From Demequinaceae bacterium (GTDB lineage Bacteria > Actinomycetota > Actinomycetes > Actinomycetales > Demequinaceae): a DNA stretch of 32,000 nucleotides. Numbering within the stretch: position 1 is the first letter of the stretch; the number at the start of each line of letters is the position of its first letter. Under the pieces are notes generated by a model. That model did not search any database. It had not been told where the DNA came from and saw only the letters and a program-made list of their open reading frames with translations. Position numbers and translations under genes: made by a program. This document shows, piece after piece, positions 1 through 7,515 of this stretch. Where the stretch lies: assembly GCA_965250005.1 (NCBI GenBank), contig OZ252279.1, positions 1,350,001 to 1,382,000 on the forward strand, read 5' to 3'.

Positions 1-605
1 CCGCAACTCCCATGGCGGGGCTCACCAGTCTCCAGGCTCTCCGCGACACGGGCGGACTCAGGAGCGGCGAGCGCGTCCTCATATGGGGCGCCTCTGGGGG
101 CGTCGGCCACCTGGCCGTACAGATCGCCGGACTGCTCAGTGCGTCGGCGGTGCATGCGGTCTGCTCGTCCAAGAACAAGGCGATGGTCACAGAGCAGGGA
201 GCCACGCGTGTGTTCGACTACGCGAGAGACGACATTACCGCTTCGGGAGAGACCTACGACCTTATTCTGGACACCGTCTCCACACAGCCGATGAACATCT
301 ACCGGGACCTTCTCGTCGACGGCGGTCAGCTCGTGACAGTCGGCGCAGTCGGTGGAGATGACGGGCCGGGCCCCATCGGCGGCATGATCACCAGGGCCGT
401 GTCGTCACGACTCAAGGGCGTTGACGCACGCGGGATGCTCGCGAGGACGAAGGCGGACGACCTCGCGATCCTGGCTGGCTGGCTCGCCGACGGCTCGCTC
501 ACTCCTGTCATAGACAAGAGCTACCCACTGGCCGATGGCGCGAAGGCTTGCATCAAGCTCGAAGGCAGCCACGTGGCGGGCAAGCTGGTCGTGCTCCCGA
601 ACTGA
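1..605 (+). CDS. NAD(P)-dependent medium-chain dehydrogenase/reductase (zinc-type ADH / quinone oxidoreductase family), C-terminal part; 5' end lies outside the window
   Basis: The frame is open from the window edge (codons from nt 3). It has the Rossmann glycine motif 'LIWGASGGVGHLAVQIAG' and the C-terminal 'GSHVAGKLVVLP' typical of MDR enzymes. It is a clear paralog of the 5497-6534 product. Confidence 0.85.
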   Translation, partial: ATPMAGLTSLQALRDTGGLRSGERVLIWGASGGVGHLAVQIAGLLSASAVHAVCSSKNKAMVTEQGATRVFDYARDDITASGETYDLILDTVSTQPMNIYRDLLVDGGQLVTVGAVGGDDGPGPIGGMITRAVSSRLKGVDARGMLARTKADDLAILAGWLADGSLTPVIDKSYPLADGAKACIKLEGSHVAGKLVVLPN

Positions 606-680
606 CCGACTCGCTGGTTGCGGCGCCACGGCGCCGTCCGCCCTCGAGGCGCGCCATGCGCTAGCGAGGAGTACAAACTC

Positions 681-1721
681 CTACGCGACGTGCACTCTCG
701 CACCCGAGAGCGCCCGGAGCGCGAGCTCAACGTCGTCCATGTCGTTGTACAGATAAAAGCCGAGTCGCGCGCGGCCATCACGAGTCGCGGCCTTTATCCC
801 TGCGGCTTCGAGCGCTCCCGTGTCGACGTTGGCAACAGAAACGATTGCAGAGTTGGACTCGGCTAGACCGAGTCCAACCCGAAGGTCATTTGCGAGACCG
901 ACGCTGTGCGCATTGACATCCTCGATGCTGTGCCTGGCGAGTGTCTCGAGGGACACGGCGGCGGCCTCCATGATCTGCCACGGCGGCGACGTGTCGAGGC
1001 GACGCGCGTCCTCGCTGAGCCGCAAACGCGGGCCGTATAGCGAATCCCAGGGCGAGTCCGATCCATACCAACTTGCAAGAACGGGACGGATCCAGCGGTT
1101 GTCGGGCCGCACAGCCGCGAGCGCGACTCCGCGCGGAGTACTGAGCCACTTGTAGCCGCCGGCCACGACGACGTCGAATCTAGTCGAGTCGATCGGAAGC
1201 CATCCCGCCGATTGACTCACGTCGATCAGCGTCTTCGCTCCCGCACGGTTCGCGGCATGTGCCAACGCATCAACGTCGATGATGCGCCCATCTGCCGACT
1301 GTGCTGAGCTAACCGCAACCAAATCTACGCTGGGAGTGATGTCGTCAATCAGCCGCTCTAGGTCCACCAGGGTCACCGTGAGCCGCGGATCCGCGAGAAA
1401 CGGACCAAGCACCGAAGTGAAGTCACCGCGGGCCGCGAGCACGTGCGCGCCATCCGGCAGCGAGGCGGCTACCATGCCAACCACCTGAGAGACGGAACCC
1501 CCGAGCGTGACGTCTCGCGCGTGAGACCCGACGATACGCGCATACGCCGCACGAACCCGGGCCACCGACCCGTCCGTCGCCAGCGGATCGAATGTCGCGT
1601 CGCCCCACGCTCGCGCGGACGTGACGAGAGCCTCCGTCGCCGCGGTAGGTGGAATCCCAAAGGTTGCTGTGTTGAGATAGCCGAGAATCTTGGGGTAATC
1701 CGCAGCGACATCGAGGTTCAT
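681..1721 (-). CDS. class V aminotransferase-fold PLP-dependent enzyme (cysteine desulfurase / epimerase-like)
   Basis: N-terminal 'YLNTATFGIPP' and 'GGYKWLSTPRG' (Lys-containing PLP-region-like motif). The ORF track start at 2006 overlaps the LysR gene. I prefer the ATG at 1721 (MNLDVAADYPKILGYLNTA), which gives 346 aa and leaves an 81-bp divergent intergenic region. The alternative ATG is at 1796. Confidence 0.75.
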   Translation of the reverse strand: MNLDVAADYPKILGYLNTATFGIPPTAATEALVTSARAWGDATFDPLATDGSVARVRAAYARIVGSHARDVTLGGSVSQVVGMVAASLPDGAHVLAARGDFTSVLGPFLADPRLTVTLVDLERLIDDITPSVDLVAVSSAQSADGRIIDVDALAHAANRAGAKTLIDVSQSAGWLPIDSTRFDVVVAGGYKWLSTPRGVALAAVRPDNRWIRPVLASWYGSDSPWDSLYGPRLRLSEDARRLDTSPPWQIMEAAAVSLETLARHSIEDVNAHSVGLANDLRVGLGLAESNSAIVSVANVDTGALEAAGIKAATRDGRARLGFYLYNDMDDVELALRALSGARVHVA

Positions 1722-1777
1722 CACACGATCATCGTCCCTCGTGCCACGAACCCGCACAATATCTCTCTTTGCGTACC

Positions 1778-1793
1778 ATGACTTAGATGTCAT
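1778..1793. promoter_or_regulatory. candidate LysR-type binding dyad ATGAC-N6-GTCAT in the divergent intergenic region
   Basis: The sequence atgacttagatgtcat has perfect 5-bp inverted arms and sits 10 bp upstream of the LysR GTG at 1803. It has the T-N11-A-like architecture expected for LysR autoregulatory sites. Confidence 0.3.
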
Positions 1794-1802
1794 CATGGTC
1801 TT

Positions 1803-2684
1803 GTGATCGACGTCGACCGGCTCCTCATCCTGCGTGAGGTCGCGCGCCGGGGCTCGAAAGCCGCCGCCGCCCGTGCACTCAACCTCAGCGAGCCGACGGT
1901 GGCCCACCACCTCAAAGCACTCGAGCGCGGGGCAGGCGTCCCTCTCACCGTGCGCGCCGGTCGAATCACCAAGGTCACCGCGGCCGGCGAGGCGCTCGTT
2001 CGCCACGCCGACGAAATCGCTGCGAGCCTAGACAGCGCCGAACGCACGCTATACGAGCATGCCGAGCTTGAGACCGGGCAGTTGAGGATTGCCGCCTTCA
2101 CGTCATTCTGTGCGACGGCACTCCCACGCCCGCTCGCCTTGTTTAGCCGCACGTACCCCGGAGTCGATATCGGCCTCGTCGAGACGGAGACGGACGACGC
2201 GCTCGATCGACTTCACCGCGGCCAGGCGGATCTTGTGGTCGGGTTCTCAGACACCGCGACACCTCCACCCGCCGACGTGCCGACTCAACTTCTGGTCAGC
2301 GACGAGTACTTCGCCGTCCTTCCGGATTCGCATCCTCGCGCGACGCGCGACGCTATCAGCCTGCGGGCGCTCGCCGACGACACCTGGATTTCCGGATGTA
2401 TTCGGTGCCAGACGCACCTCACTGCGCATGCAGAAGATGCCGATTTTACGCCCGAGATCGCCTTCGTCACCGAGGACTACGTCACCGTGCAACGGCTGGT
2501 CGCAGAGAAACTAGGGGTGGCGCTACTGCCACGCATGGCGCTCGACGCGAGCCCCGACATCGCCGGGATTGTGATCTCGCCAACCGAACCCCGCACGTAC
2601 CGGGAGGTATTCGTTGCGCTTGCACTCGACCCGTCCCCTGCGGCGCTCGCTTTCGCAGCGCTGTTGCGCCCGCCCGCTACTTAG
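1803..2684 (+). CDS. LysR family transcriptional regulator
   Basis: N-terminal wHTH 'LLILREVARRGSKAAAARALNLSEPTVAHHLKALE' followed by a substrate-binding-domain-length C-terminus (293 aa). It is divergent from the aminotransferase gene. Confidence 0.9.
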   Translation: MIDVDRLLILREVARRGSKAAAARALNLSEPTVAHHLKALERGAGVPLTVRAGRITKVTAAGEALVRHADEIAASLDSAERTLYEHAELETGQLRIAAFTSFCATALPRPLALFSRTYPGVDIGLVETETDDALDRLHRGQADLVVGFSDTATPPPADVPTQLLVSDEYFAVLPDSHPRATRDAISLRALADDTWISGCIRCQTHLTAHAEDADFTPEIAFVTEDYVTVQRLVAEKLGVALLPRMALDASPDIAGIVISPTEPRTYREVFVALALDPSPAALAFAALLRPPAT

Positions 2685-2733
2685 AGCGCGGCTAGGTCGG
2701 CGTAGCGTCGACGGGAACCGTGGGCGGGTGGTG

Positions 2734-3696
2734 CTACTGAGCGGCGAGAATATCCACCACGAATACGAGGGTCGAACCAGGCGGAATGGTGCCCTGGTCG
2801 GCGTCGCCATAACCCAGTTCGGGCGGGATGATCAACAGCACCTGGCTGCCAACAGTCTGACCCGACAGTCCGTCGACCCAACCGTCGATGAGCGATCCGC
2901 GTGCGAACCCGAAGGTCGCGGGTTCGCCCCGGTCCCAAGAAGAGTCAAAAAGCGTTCCGTCCCACAACCAGCCTGAGTAATGCACTGAAAGAGCCACGCC
3001 TTCAGCGACAACAGCACCTTCGCCAATGATCAATGGTTGAACAACCAACCCAGCGGGCTTCTCCGTAACTGGAAGAACGATACTCGGGGCACCGTTCTCA
3101 GCGAGGGTGACAGGGGGGAGTCCAGCGGGGGGCTCAACGGCCTCGCCCTCAGCACGGTCGAGCACGGTGCTTACGCCCACCACCGTGACCGCCATCACGA
3201 TGGATCGTGCAACGCCGCGCACAGGTTCGGCCGCGTTATCGGGCGTTCCGTAAATGATTTGCGCGCCCACCCGAGCGCGAACAAGGATGTCATAGAGCTC
3301 CGGGAACAACAGTTGACTATCAAGCTGAACCGCCTCGGGCACAGTGTCGTAGGTCGAGAACGCAACGCTGCCGTCTTCGCCTTGGAACATCACGTAATCC
3401 AGCGAGACGATTTGGCCGTCGGTGAGGGTCTCACCGTCGCCATCCGCCACGAGACGCGCCGATGCACCGGACACAACGAACGGTTGGTCAAATGTTAGCG
3501 TCGGCACTCCGTCGACGCCGTCAGTCCATATGACGGCCGCGACTGTAGCCGCATCGTTTGCGCTGCTACCGTCCGGGTCGCTCGGCACCGGGTCGCTCGA
3601 GCAGGCGGCAAGCGCGAGCACAGCTGCGGCCATGAAGGCGATGTAGGGCAGGCGAGTCTTGGGCACGTGATTCCTAGCGTCGGGGGCTGGAATCAT
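2734..3696 (-). CDS. FKBP-type peptidyl-prolyl cis-trans isomerase, predicted lipoprotein
   Basis: C-terminal FKBP domain 'VHYSGWLWDGTLFDSSWDRGEPATFGF..LIDGWVDGL..GSQVLLIIPPELGYG'. Signal peptide with lipobox 'VLALAAC'. The start is chosen at ATG 3696 (MIPAPDARNHVPKTRLPYIAF...); upstream in-frame ATGs at 3729 and 3768 lack SD sequences. Confidence 0.85.
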   Translation of the reverse strand: MIPAPDARNHVPKTRLPYIAFMAAAVLALAACSSDPVPSDPDGSSANDAATVAAVIWTDGVDGVPTLTFDQPFVVSGASARLVADGDGETLTDGQIVSLDYVMFQGEDGSVAFSTYDTVPEAVQLDSQLLFPELYDILVRARVGAQIIYGTPDNAAEPVRGVARSIVMAVTVVGVSTVLDRAEGEAVEPPAGLPPVTLAENGAPSIVLPVTEKPAGLVVQPLIIGEGAVVAEGVALSVHYSGWLWDGTLFDSSWDRGEPATFGFARGSLIDGWVDGLSGQTVGSQVLLIIPPELGYGDADQGTIPPGSTLVFVVDILAAQ

Positions 3697-3740
3697 TCTT
3701 CCATGTCCCGAGACGCACGCGTGTCTCATGTCAACAAAAC

Positions 3741-3769
3741 TTGACACAGTGTCATAGTTGCCATACATT
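3741..3769 (+). promoter_or_regulatory. candidate housekeeping-sigma promoter TTGACA-N17-TACATT for the membrane-protein/XRE operon
   Basis: TTGACA lies at 3741-3746, followed by an exact 17-nt spacer and TACATT at 3764-3769, inside an AT-rich island. The 13-bp palindrome TGACAC-A-GTGTCA (3742-3754) overlaps the -35 and spacer. Confidence 0.45.
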
Positions 3770-3786
3770 CAGTCATGTAAGCAATA

Positions 3787-3815
3787 TTTGACATCACATC
3801 AAGTTTGTTTGACAT
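3787..3815 (+). repeat. direct repeat of TTTGACAT, two copies 21 bp apart, in the predicted 5' leader
   Basis: tttgacat occurs at 3787-3794 and 3808-3815. A related inverted copy ATGTCAA lies at 3728-3734. Confidence 0.6.
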
Positions 3816-3825
3816 AGGAGAAATC

Positions 3826-4248
3826 GTGAGTTTCGAAGAGAAGAACCAATGGGCATACGGCCTTGCCGCGCTCGTCGTTGGCACAGTCTATTTCGTTTGG
3901 CTCGGACGCCAGATCGCGGACGCCTCGAACGTCGCGGACATCAGTTACGTCCGCACGCTGTTGTGGGCCATCGGCGCCGGAATAATCGTGAACATCTTCT
4001 TCGGCATGTTCGCCCGCGGGTCAAACCTTCAAGAGCCTGACAAGACAGACGAACGCGACCGCAACGTCGGCCGCTTTGCAGACCAGATCTCCGGAATCGG
4101 ATTCGCGATCCTCGTGCTTGGTCCCTTCACGCTCGCGATGCTCGACGCTGAGACCTTCTGGATCGCCAACTCCATCTACGCTGCGTACGTGCTCACCGCC
4201 ATCATTGGCGTAGTCGCGCGGTCCGTCATCTACCGGAAGGGTGCCTAA
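3826..4248 (+). CDS. small 4-TM membrane protein, paralog 1 of 3 (DUF2178-like topology; family unverified)
   Basis: GTG 3826 is preceded by GGAG (3817-3820) with a 5-nt spacer. It has four hydrophobic segments, a conserved loop 'DERDRNVGRF' and a conserved 'ETFWIAN' ... 'IYRKGA' tail shared with the next two ORFs. Confidence 0.8.
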   Translation: MSFEEKNQWAYGLAALVVGTVYFVWLGRQIADASNVADISYVRTLLWAIGAGIIVNIFFGMFARGSNLQEPDKTDERDRNVGRFADQISGIGFAILVLGPFTLAMLDAETFWIANSIYAAYVLTAIIGVVARSVIYRKGA

Positions 4249-4250
4249 CC

Positions 4251-4706
4251 ATGGGCAAGCGAGAAATGAACCTCGAAGACGTCTCGTTTGAGGAACGCCA
4301 GCAGTGGATCGGCCTGGGTCTGTCGATCGTCGCAATCGTCGGCTACATCATTGCGATTGTCATCGTCGCGGCAGTCGACGACGTCTCATTCACCGCCGTG
4401 AACTGGAAGATTCCCATGCTCGCTACCCTGCTCGGTGCCGGCGGCATCTACGGCATCGCCTACGGGATCGCCAAGCGCCGCCACTCCGGGCCAACCGGTG
4501 ACGTGCGAGACCGCGAGATCGAGCGCTACGGAGAGGCCATGACATCAGGGCTAGTGAGCTTCACGATCTTTGTGACGCTGATCCTGCTGGCCCTCGATGT
4601 CGACACGTTCTGGGTAGCGCACAACCTGTTCTTTGGATCGTTCTTTGGCATGTTCGTCGGCACTGCCGCGAAGGTTGCCGCCTACCGTGAAGGGGTCCCG
4701 TCATGA
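4251..4706 (+). CDS. small 4-TM membrane protein, paralog 2 of 3
   Basis: Starts 2 nt after the paralog 1 stop (alternative ATG at 4266). Carries the motifs 'DVRDREIERYG', 'DTFWVAH' and 'AYREG'. Confidence 0.8.
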   Translation: MGKREMNLEDVSFEERQQWIGLGLSIVAIVGYIIAIVIVAAVDDVSFTAVNWKIPMLATLLGAGGIYGIAYGIAKRRHSGPTGDVRDREIERYGEAMTSGLVSFTIFVTLILLALDVDTFWVAHNLFFGSFFGMFVGTAAKVAAYREGVPS

Positions 4707-5149
4707 CCATTTCAGAACGCAGCGTGTGGGTTCAACTCATCGTGATGCCCGTCGTCACCCTCGTCTACTTCACGATCGTCCTTACTCGCGCCGCAGATAT
4801 GCCGGTTAGCGACGTGAGCTGGATCGTTCCCATGATTTGGTCGATGGCCGTCGTTATCGGCGGCATCATCATCGGCACCATCGCATCGGCGATCGGATCA
4901 GCAATTGCTGCGAAGGCCCAGGGTGGCGAGCCCGAGCTCGAGGACGGCGACGAGCGCGACAAAGAGATCGAACGGATTGGCAACCGCAAAGGCCAGTTCT
5001 TTACGGGGCTCGGCACAGTTGCCGTCATCATCCTCGCGATGAACCGAGTCGACCACTTCTGGATCGCCAACGCGATGTTCCTCTCCGGAATGCTCGCCGG
5101 CGTCCATGGCGGTCTCGCCAAGCTCCGCGCGTACCGGAGGGGATTCTAA
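4703..5149 (+). CDS. small 4-TM membrane protein, paralog 3 of 3
   Basis: An ATGA start/stop overlap links it to paralog 2. Carries the motifs 'DERDKEIERIG', 'DHFWIAN' and 'AYRRGF'. Confidence 0.8.
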   Translation: MTISERSVWVQLIVMPVVTLVYFTIVLTRAADMPVSDVSWIVPMIWSMAVVIGGIIIGTIASAIGSAIAAKAQGGEPELEDGDERDKEIERIGNRKGQFFTGLGTVAVIILAMNRVDHFWIANAMFLSGMLAGVHGGLAKLRAYRRGF

Positions 5150-5151
5150 AC

Positions 5152-5379
5152 GTGTCCAAGTCCACCAAGGTCACCAACTCGATCCGCGCCCTGCGGTTCG
5201 CGGCTGACGAAATGACGCAGGCCGATCTGGCCGAGCGCGTCGGCGTCACGCGGCAAACCGTGATCGCGATCGAGCAGGGACGGTACTCCCCGTCCCTCGA
5301 GATGGCCTTCCAGATTGCGAAGGCGTTCAGGCTACCCCTCGATGACGTCTTCCAGTACCCCGACGAGGGGGACGACTAA
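5152..5379 (+). CDS. short XRE-family helix-turn-helix transcriptional regulator (75 aa)
   Basis: 'MTQADLAERVGVTRQTVIAIEQGRYSPSLEMAFQIAKAFRLPLDDVF' is a canonical HTH_3/Cro-C1 domain. The GTG at 5152 lies 2 nt after the paralog 3 stop. The 180-aa ORF from 4837 is an artefactual 5' extension that overlaps paralog 3. Confidence 0.9.
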   Translation: MSKSTKVTNSIRALRFAADEMTQADLAERVGVTRQTVIAIEQGRYSPSLEMAFQIAKAFRLPLDDVFQYPDEGDD

Positions 5380-5496
5380 TCATCACTTCCGCACCTCGCG
5401 GCGCACCCTAGCCGCCCACAGCCCCACTCACCGAATTCGCCCGGACACCCGGGTTCTACCGACTACACCCAAAAACGCGTTCACCAAGGAGTCATC

Positions 5497-6534
5497 ATGA
5501 CCAGCACGATCAACACCACCGACAGCCGTGCAGAAACGGGCAGTCCGCGCAAGACGATGCAGGCCGTCACGTGGGACCGCTACGGCGCGCCCGCCGACGT
5601 CCTCAGGGTGAGCAACGTCCCGGTACCGCACTTCGGCCCGGACGACATCCGCGTGCGCGTGCGCGCAGCTGGCGCTAACCCCTACGACTGGCACTTCTAC
5701 CGCGGCGACCCCTACTTAGTGCGCATGTCCACTGGATTCCGCAAGCCCAAGCAGCAGACCCAACTGGGCGCCGACTTCGCTGGCGAGGTTGAGTCCGTTG
5801 GCGCAAACATCACGGGCTTCAAACCGGGGGACCGGGTGTTCGGCGAGGTGGCCCTCGGGGCCTTCGCCGAGTACGTCGTTGCGCCAGCACAGAACGTCGC
5901 CCACATGCCCGCAATCCTCTCGTTCGAGCAGGCAGCGGCCGTCCCGATGGGCGCGTTTACCGCGCTCGCCTCCCTGCGCAAGGCGCACGGCGGCGTGAAA
6001 GGCCGATCCGTCCTCATTAACGGAGCATCCGGCGGGATCGGGATCTTCGCGGTCCAGCTGGCCAAAGCCATGGGCGCGTCCCGCGTCGTTGGCGTGTGCT
6101 CGGGCCGCAACGCCGACCTGGTCACGAGGCTTGGCGCCGACGAGATCATCGACTACGCGAAGAGCGACTACACGGAGAGCCCGCTTCGATTCGACTTGCT
6201 GGTCGACACGCAGGCGACGCAACCGTTCCGCCGCTCGATCCGGGCGGTCAAGCCGCGCGGCACGTACGCGTTCGCGGGCGGTGGTGGTGGCAAGCTGCTG
6301 GGCCCCGGTGCGCCGATGCTGCGAGCAGTGATCGCAGGCCTCATCCGTCGCCAGCGCGTCGTCACCGTCATGGCCGGGACTTCCGGCGAGGACCTCGTCT
6401 ACGTTGCGGGTCTCATCGCCGCGGGCAAGGTGCGCGCAAAAGTGGAGCAAGCGTACCCGCTCGAGTGCATCGTCGAGGCGATGTGGCACCTCGAGACCGG
6501 CCACGTCAGGGGCAAGGTGGTCGTCACCATCTAA
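5497..6534 (+). CDS. NAD(P)-dependent MDR oxidoreductase (zinc-type ADH / quinone reductase family)
   Basis: AAGGAG SD lies 5 nt upstream of the ATG. Motifs 'LINGASGGIGIFAVQLAK' and 'GHVRGKVVVT'. Paralog of the truncated gene at 1-605. Confidence 0.9.
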   Translation: MTSTINTTDSRAETGSPRKTMQAVTWDRYGAPADVLRVSNVPVPHFGPDDIRVRVRAAGANPYDWHFYRGDPYLVRMSTGFRKPKQQTQLGADFAGEVESVGANITGFKPGDRVFGEVALGAFAEYVVAPAQNVAHMPAILSFEQAAAVPMGAFTALASLRKAHGGVKGRSVLINGASGGIGIFAVQLAKAMGASRVVGVCSGRNADLVTRLGADEIIDYAKSDYTESPLRFDLLVDTQATQPFRRSIRAVKPRGTYAFAGGGGGKLLGPGAPMLRAVIAGLIRRQRVVTVMAGTSGEDLVYVAGLIAAGKVRAKVEQAYPLECIVEAMWHLETGHVRGKVVVTI

Positions 6535-6654
6535 CTGAGAAACACCAGGGTGCGGACCCAGGGACATCCCCGATTCGCCTCACCCAATCCAGTGAAACCG
6601 TAAACCCCGTGCCGGCAGGGATGTCGGCACTCACCGAAAACCAAGGAGAGTAAC

Positions 6655-7344
6655 ATGCAAGATCTCAAGAAGACCGCCCGCAAAGCCGGGCTCTGGTACC
6701 TCGGACTCGCCATTTCCGGAGTAATCGGATTCCTGTTCGTCCGCGCGGAATTGTTCGTCGATGGCGATGCCGCCGCAACAGCGGCAAACCTCGTTGAGCG
6801 CGAGGGGCTCGCTCGCTTGGGCGTCGCCGCCGAAATCACCATAGTCGGAACCCAGGCTTTGGCAGCCCTCTACTTCTTCCGGCTCTTCCGGAAGGTCGAC
6901 TCGTTCGCAGCGGCCGCGCTGCTCGCGTTCGCATTCATGAACTCGGTCGCCATCATGGCGTCAGCGGCGTTCCTCGCAACCGGACTAGACGTCGCGGTTG
7001 AGGGCGGACCGGCCCAGACCGTGCAGCTCATGTACACGCTCAGCGGCAACGCGTGGGACGTCGGCAACCTGTTCTTCGGGCTGTGGCTCATTCCGATGGG
7101 TGTGCTCGTCCGGCGCTCGGGCTTCATGCCACGTACGCTCGGCTGGATCCTCGTCGCAGGCGGCGCCGGCTACATTGCCGCCGGCTTCACCACCTACTTG
7201 CTCCCCGACGCCACCGCGCTCACGGAGTACCTCCCGTTCTTCGCCACCATTGGCGAATTCTGGATCATCGCGTACATGCTGATATTCGGTGTGCGCAAGA
7301 CCGCCTTCGATGGTGCGAAGAAGAAGGCCGTCGCCTCAAAGTGA
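6655..7344 (+). CDS. DUF4386-like integral membrane protein
   Basis: AAGGAG SD upstream. The N-terminus 'TARKAGLWYLGLAISGVIGFLFVRAELFVDGDAAATAANL' matches my memory of the DUF4386 signature. It has multiple TM segments. Confidence 0.7.
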   Translation: MQDLKKTARKAGLWYLGLAISGVIGFLFVRAELFVDGDAAATAANLVEREGLARLGVAAEITIVGTQALAALYFFRLFRKVDSFAAAALLAFAFMNSVAIMASAAFLATGLDVAVEGGPAQTVQLMYTLSGNAWDVGNLFFGLWLIPMGVLVRRSGFMPRTLGWILVAGGAGYIAAGFTTYLLPDATALTEYLPFFATIGEFWIIAYMLIFGVRKTAFDGAKKKAVASK

Positions 7345-7515
7345 CCAGGTCGCTCACGCGGGCATAGCGCCCGCATCCGGGACGCTGGGCCTCGCGCCTA
7401 GCCGCCGCCCGGCGTTCCGGTAGTGCCGGTTCCCGCACCCCGCGGGACCGAGTTTGAAAACAATCCGTTCGACCACCTCCTGGCCGAGCGCACCCAAAAA
7501 ACAAGGAGAAGGACC

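Noticed and set aside
4837-5379. A 180-aa ORF suggesting a much longer XRE protein.
   Set aside because: The 5' 105 codons overlap paralog 3 out of frame and are Arg-rich nonsense. The HTH domain begins right after the GTG at 5152, which follows the paralog 3 stop by 2 nt.
1-6534. Two MDR oxidoreductase paralogs (1-605 and 5497-6534) as possible boundaries of a duplicated or mobile segment.
   Set aside because: The similarity is at the protein-family level only. I saw no flanking nucleotide repeats, and MDR paralogs are abundant in actinobacterial genomes.
5716-6567. Long antisense ORFs opposite well-supported genes, for example 5716-6567(-), 8698-9615(-), 8259-8993(-), 11900-12742(+), 22264-23340(+) and 29118-29846(+).
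   Set aside because: Their translations are Arg/Pro/Ala/Gly-rich with low complexity, which is typical of shadow ORFs in high-GC DNA. Each fully overlaps a gene with clear family motifs on the other strand.
7361-7378. A short hairpin, GCGGGC-ATAGC-GCCCGC, after the DUF4386 gene as a possible terminator.
   Set aside because: The stem is only 6 bp and there is no T-tract. This is too weak to call without transcript-end data.
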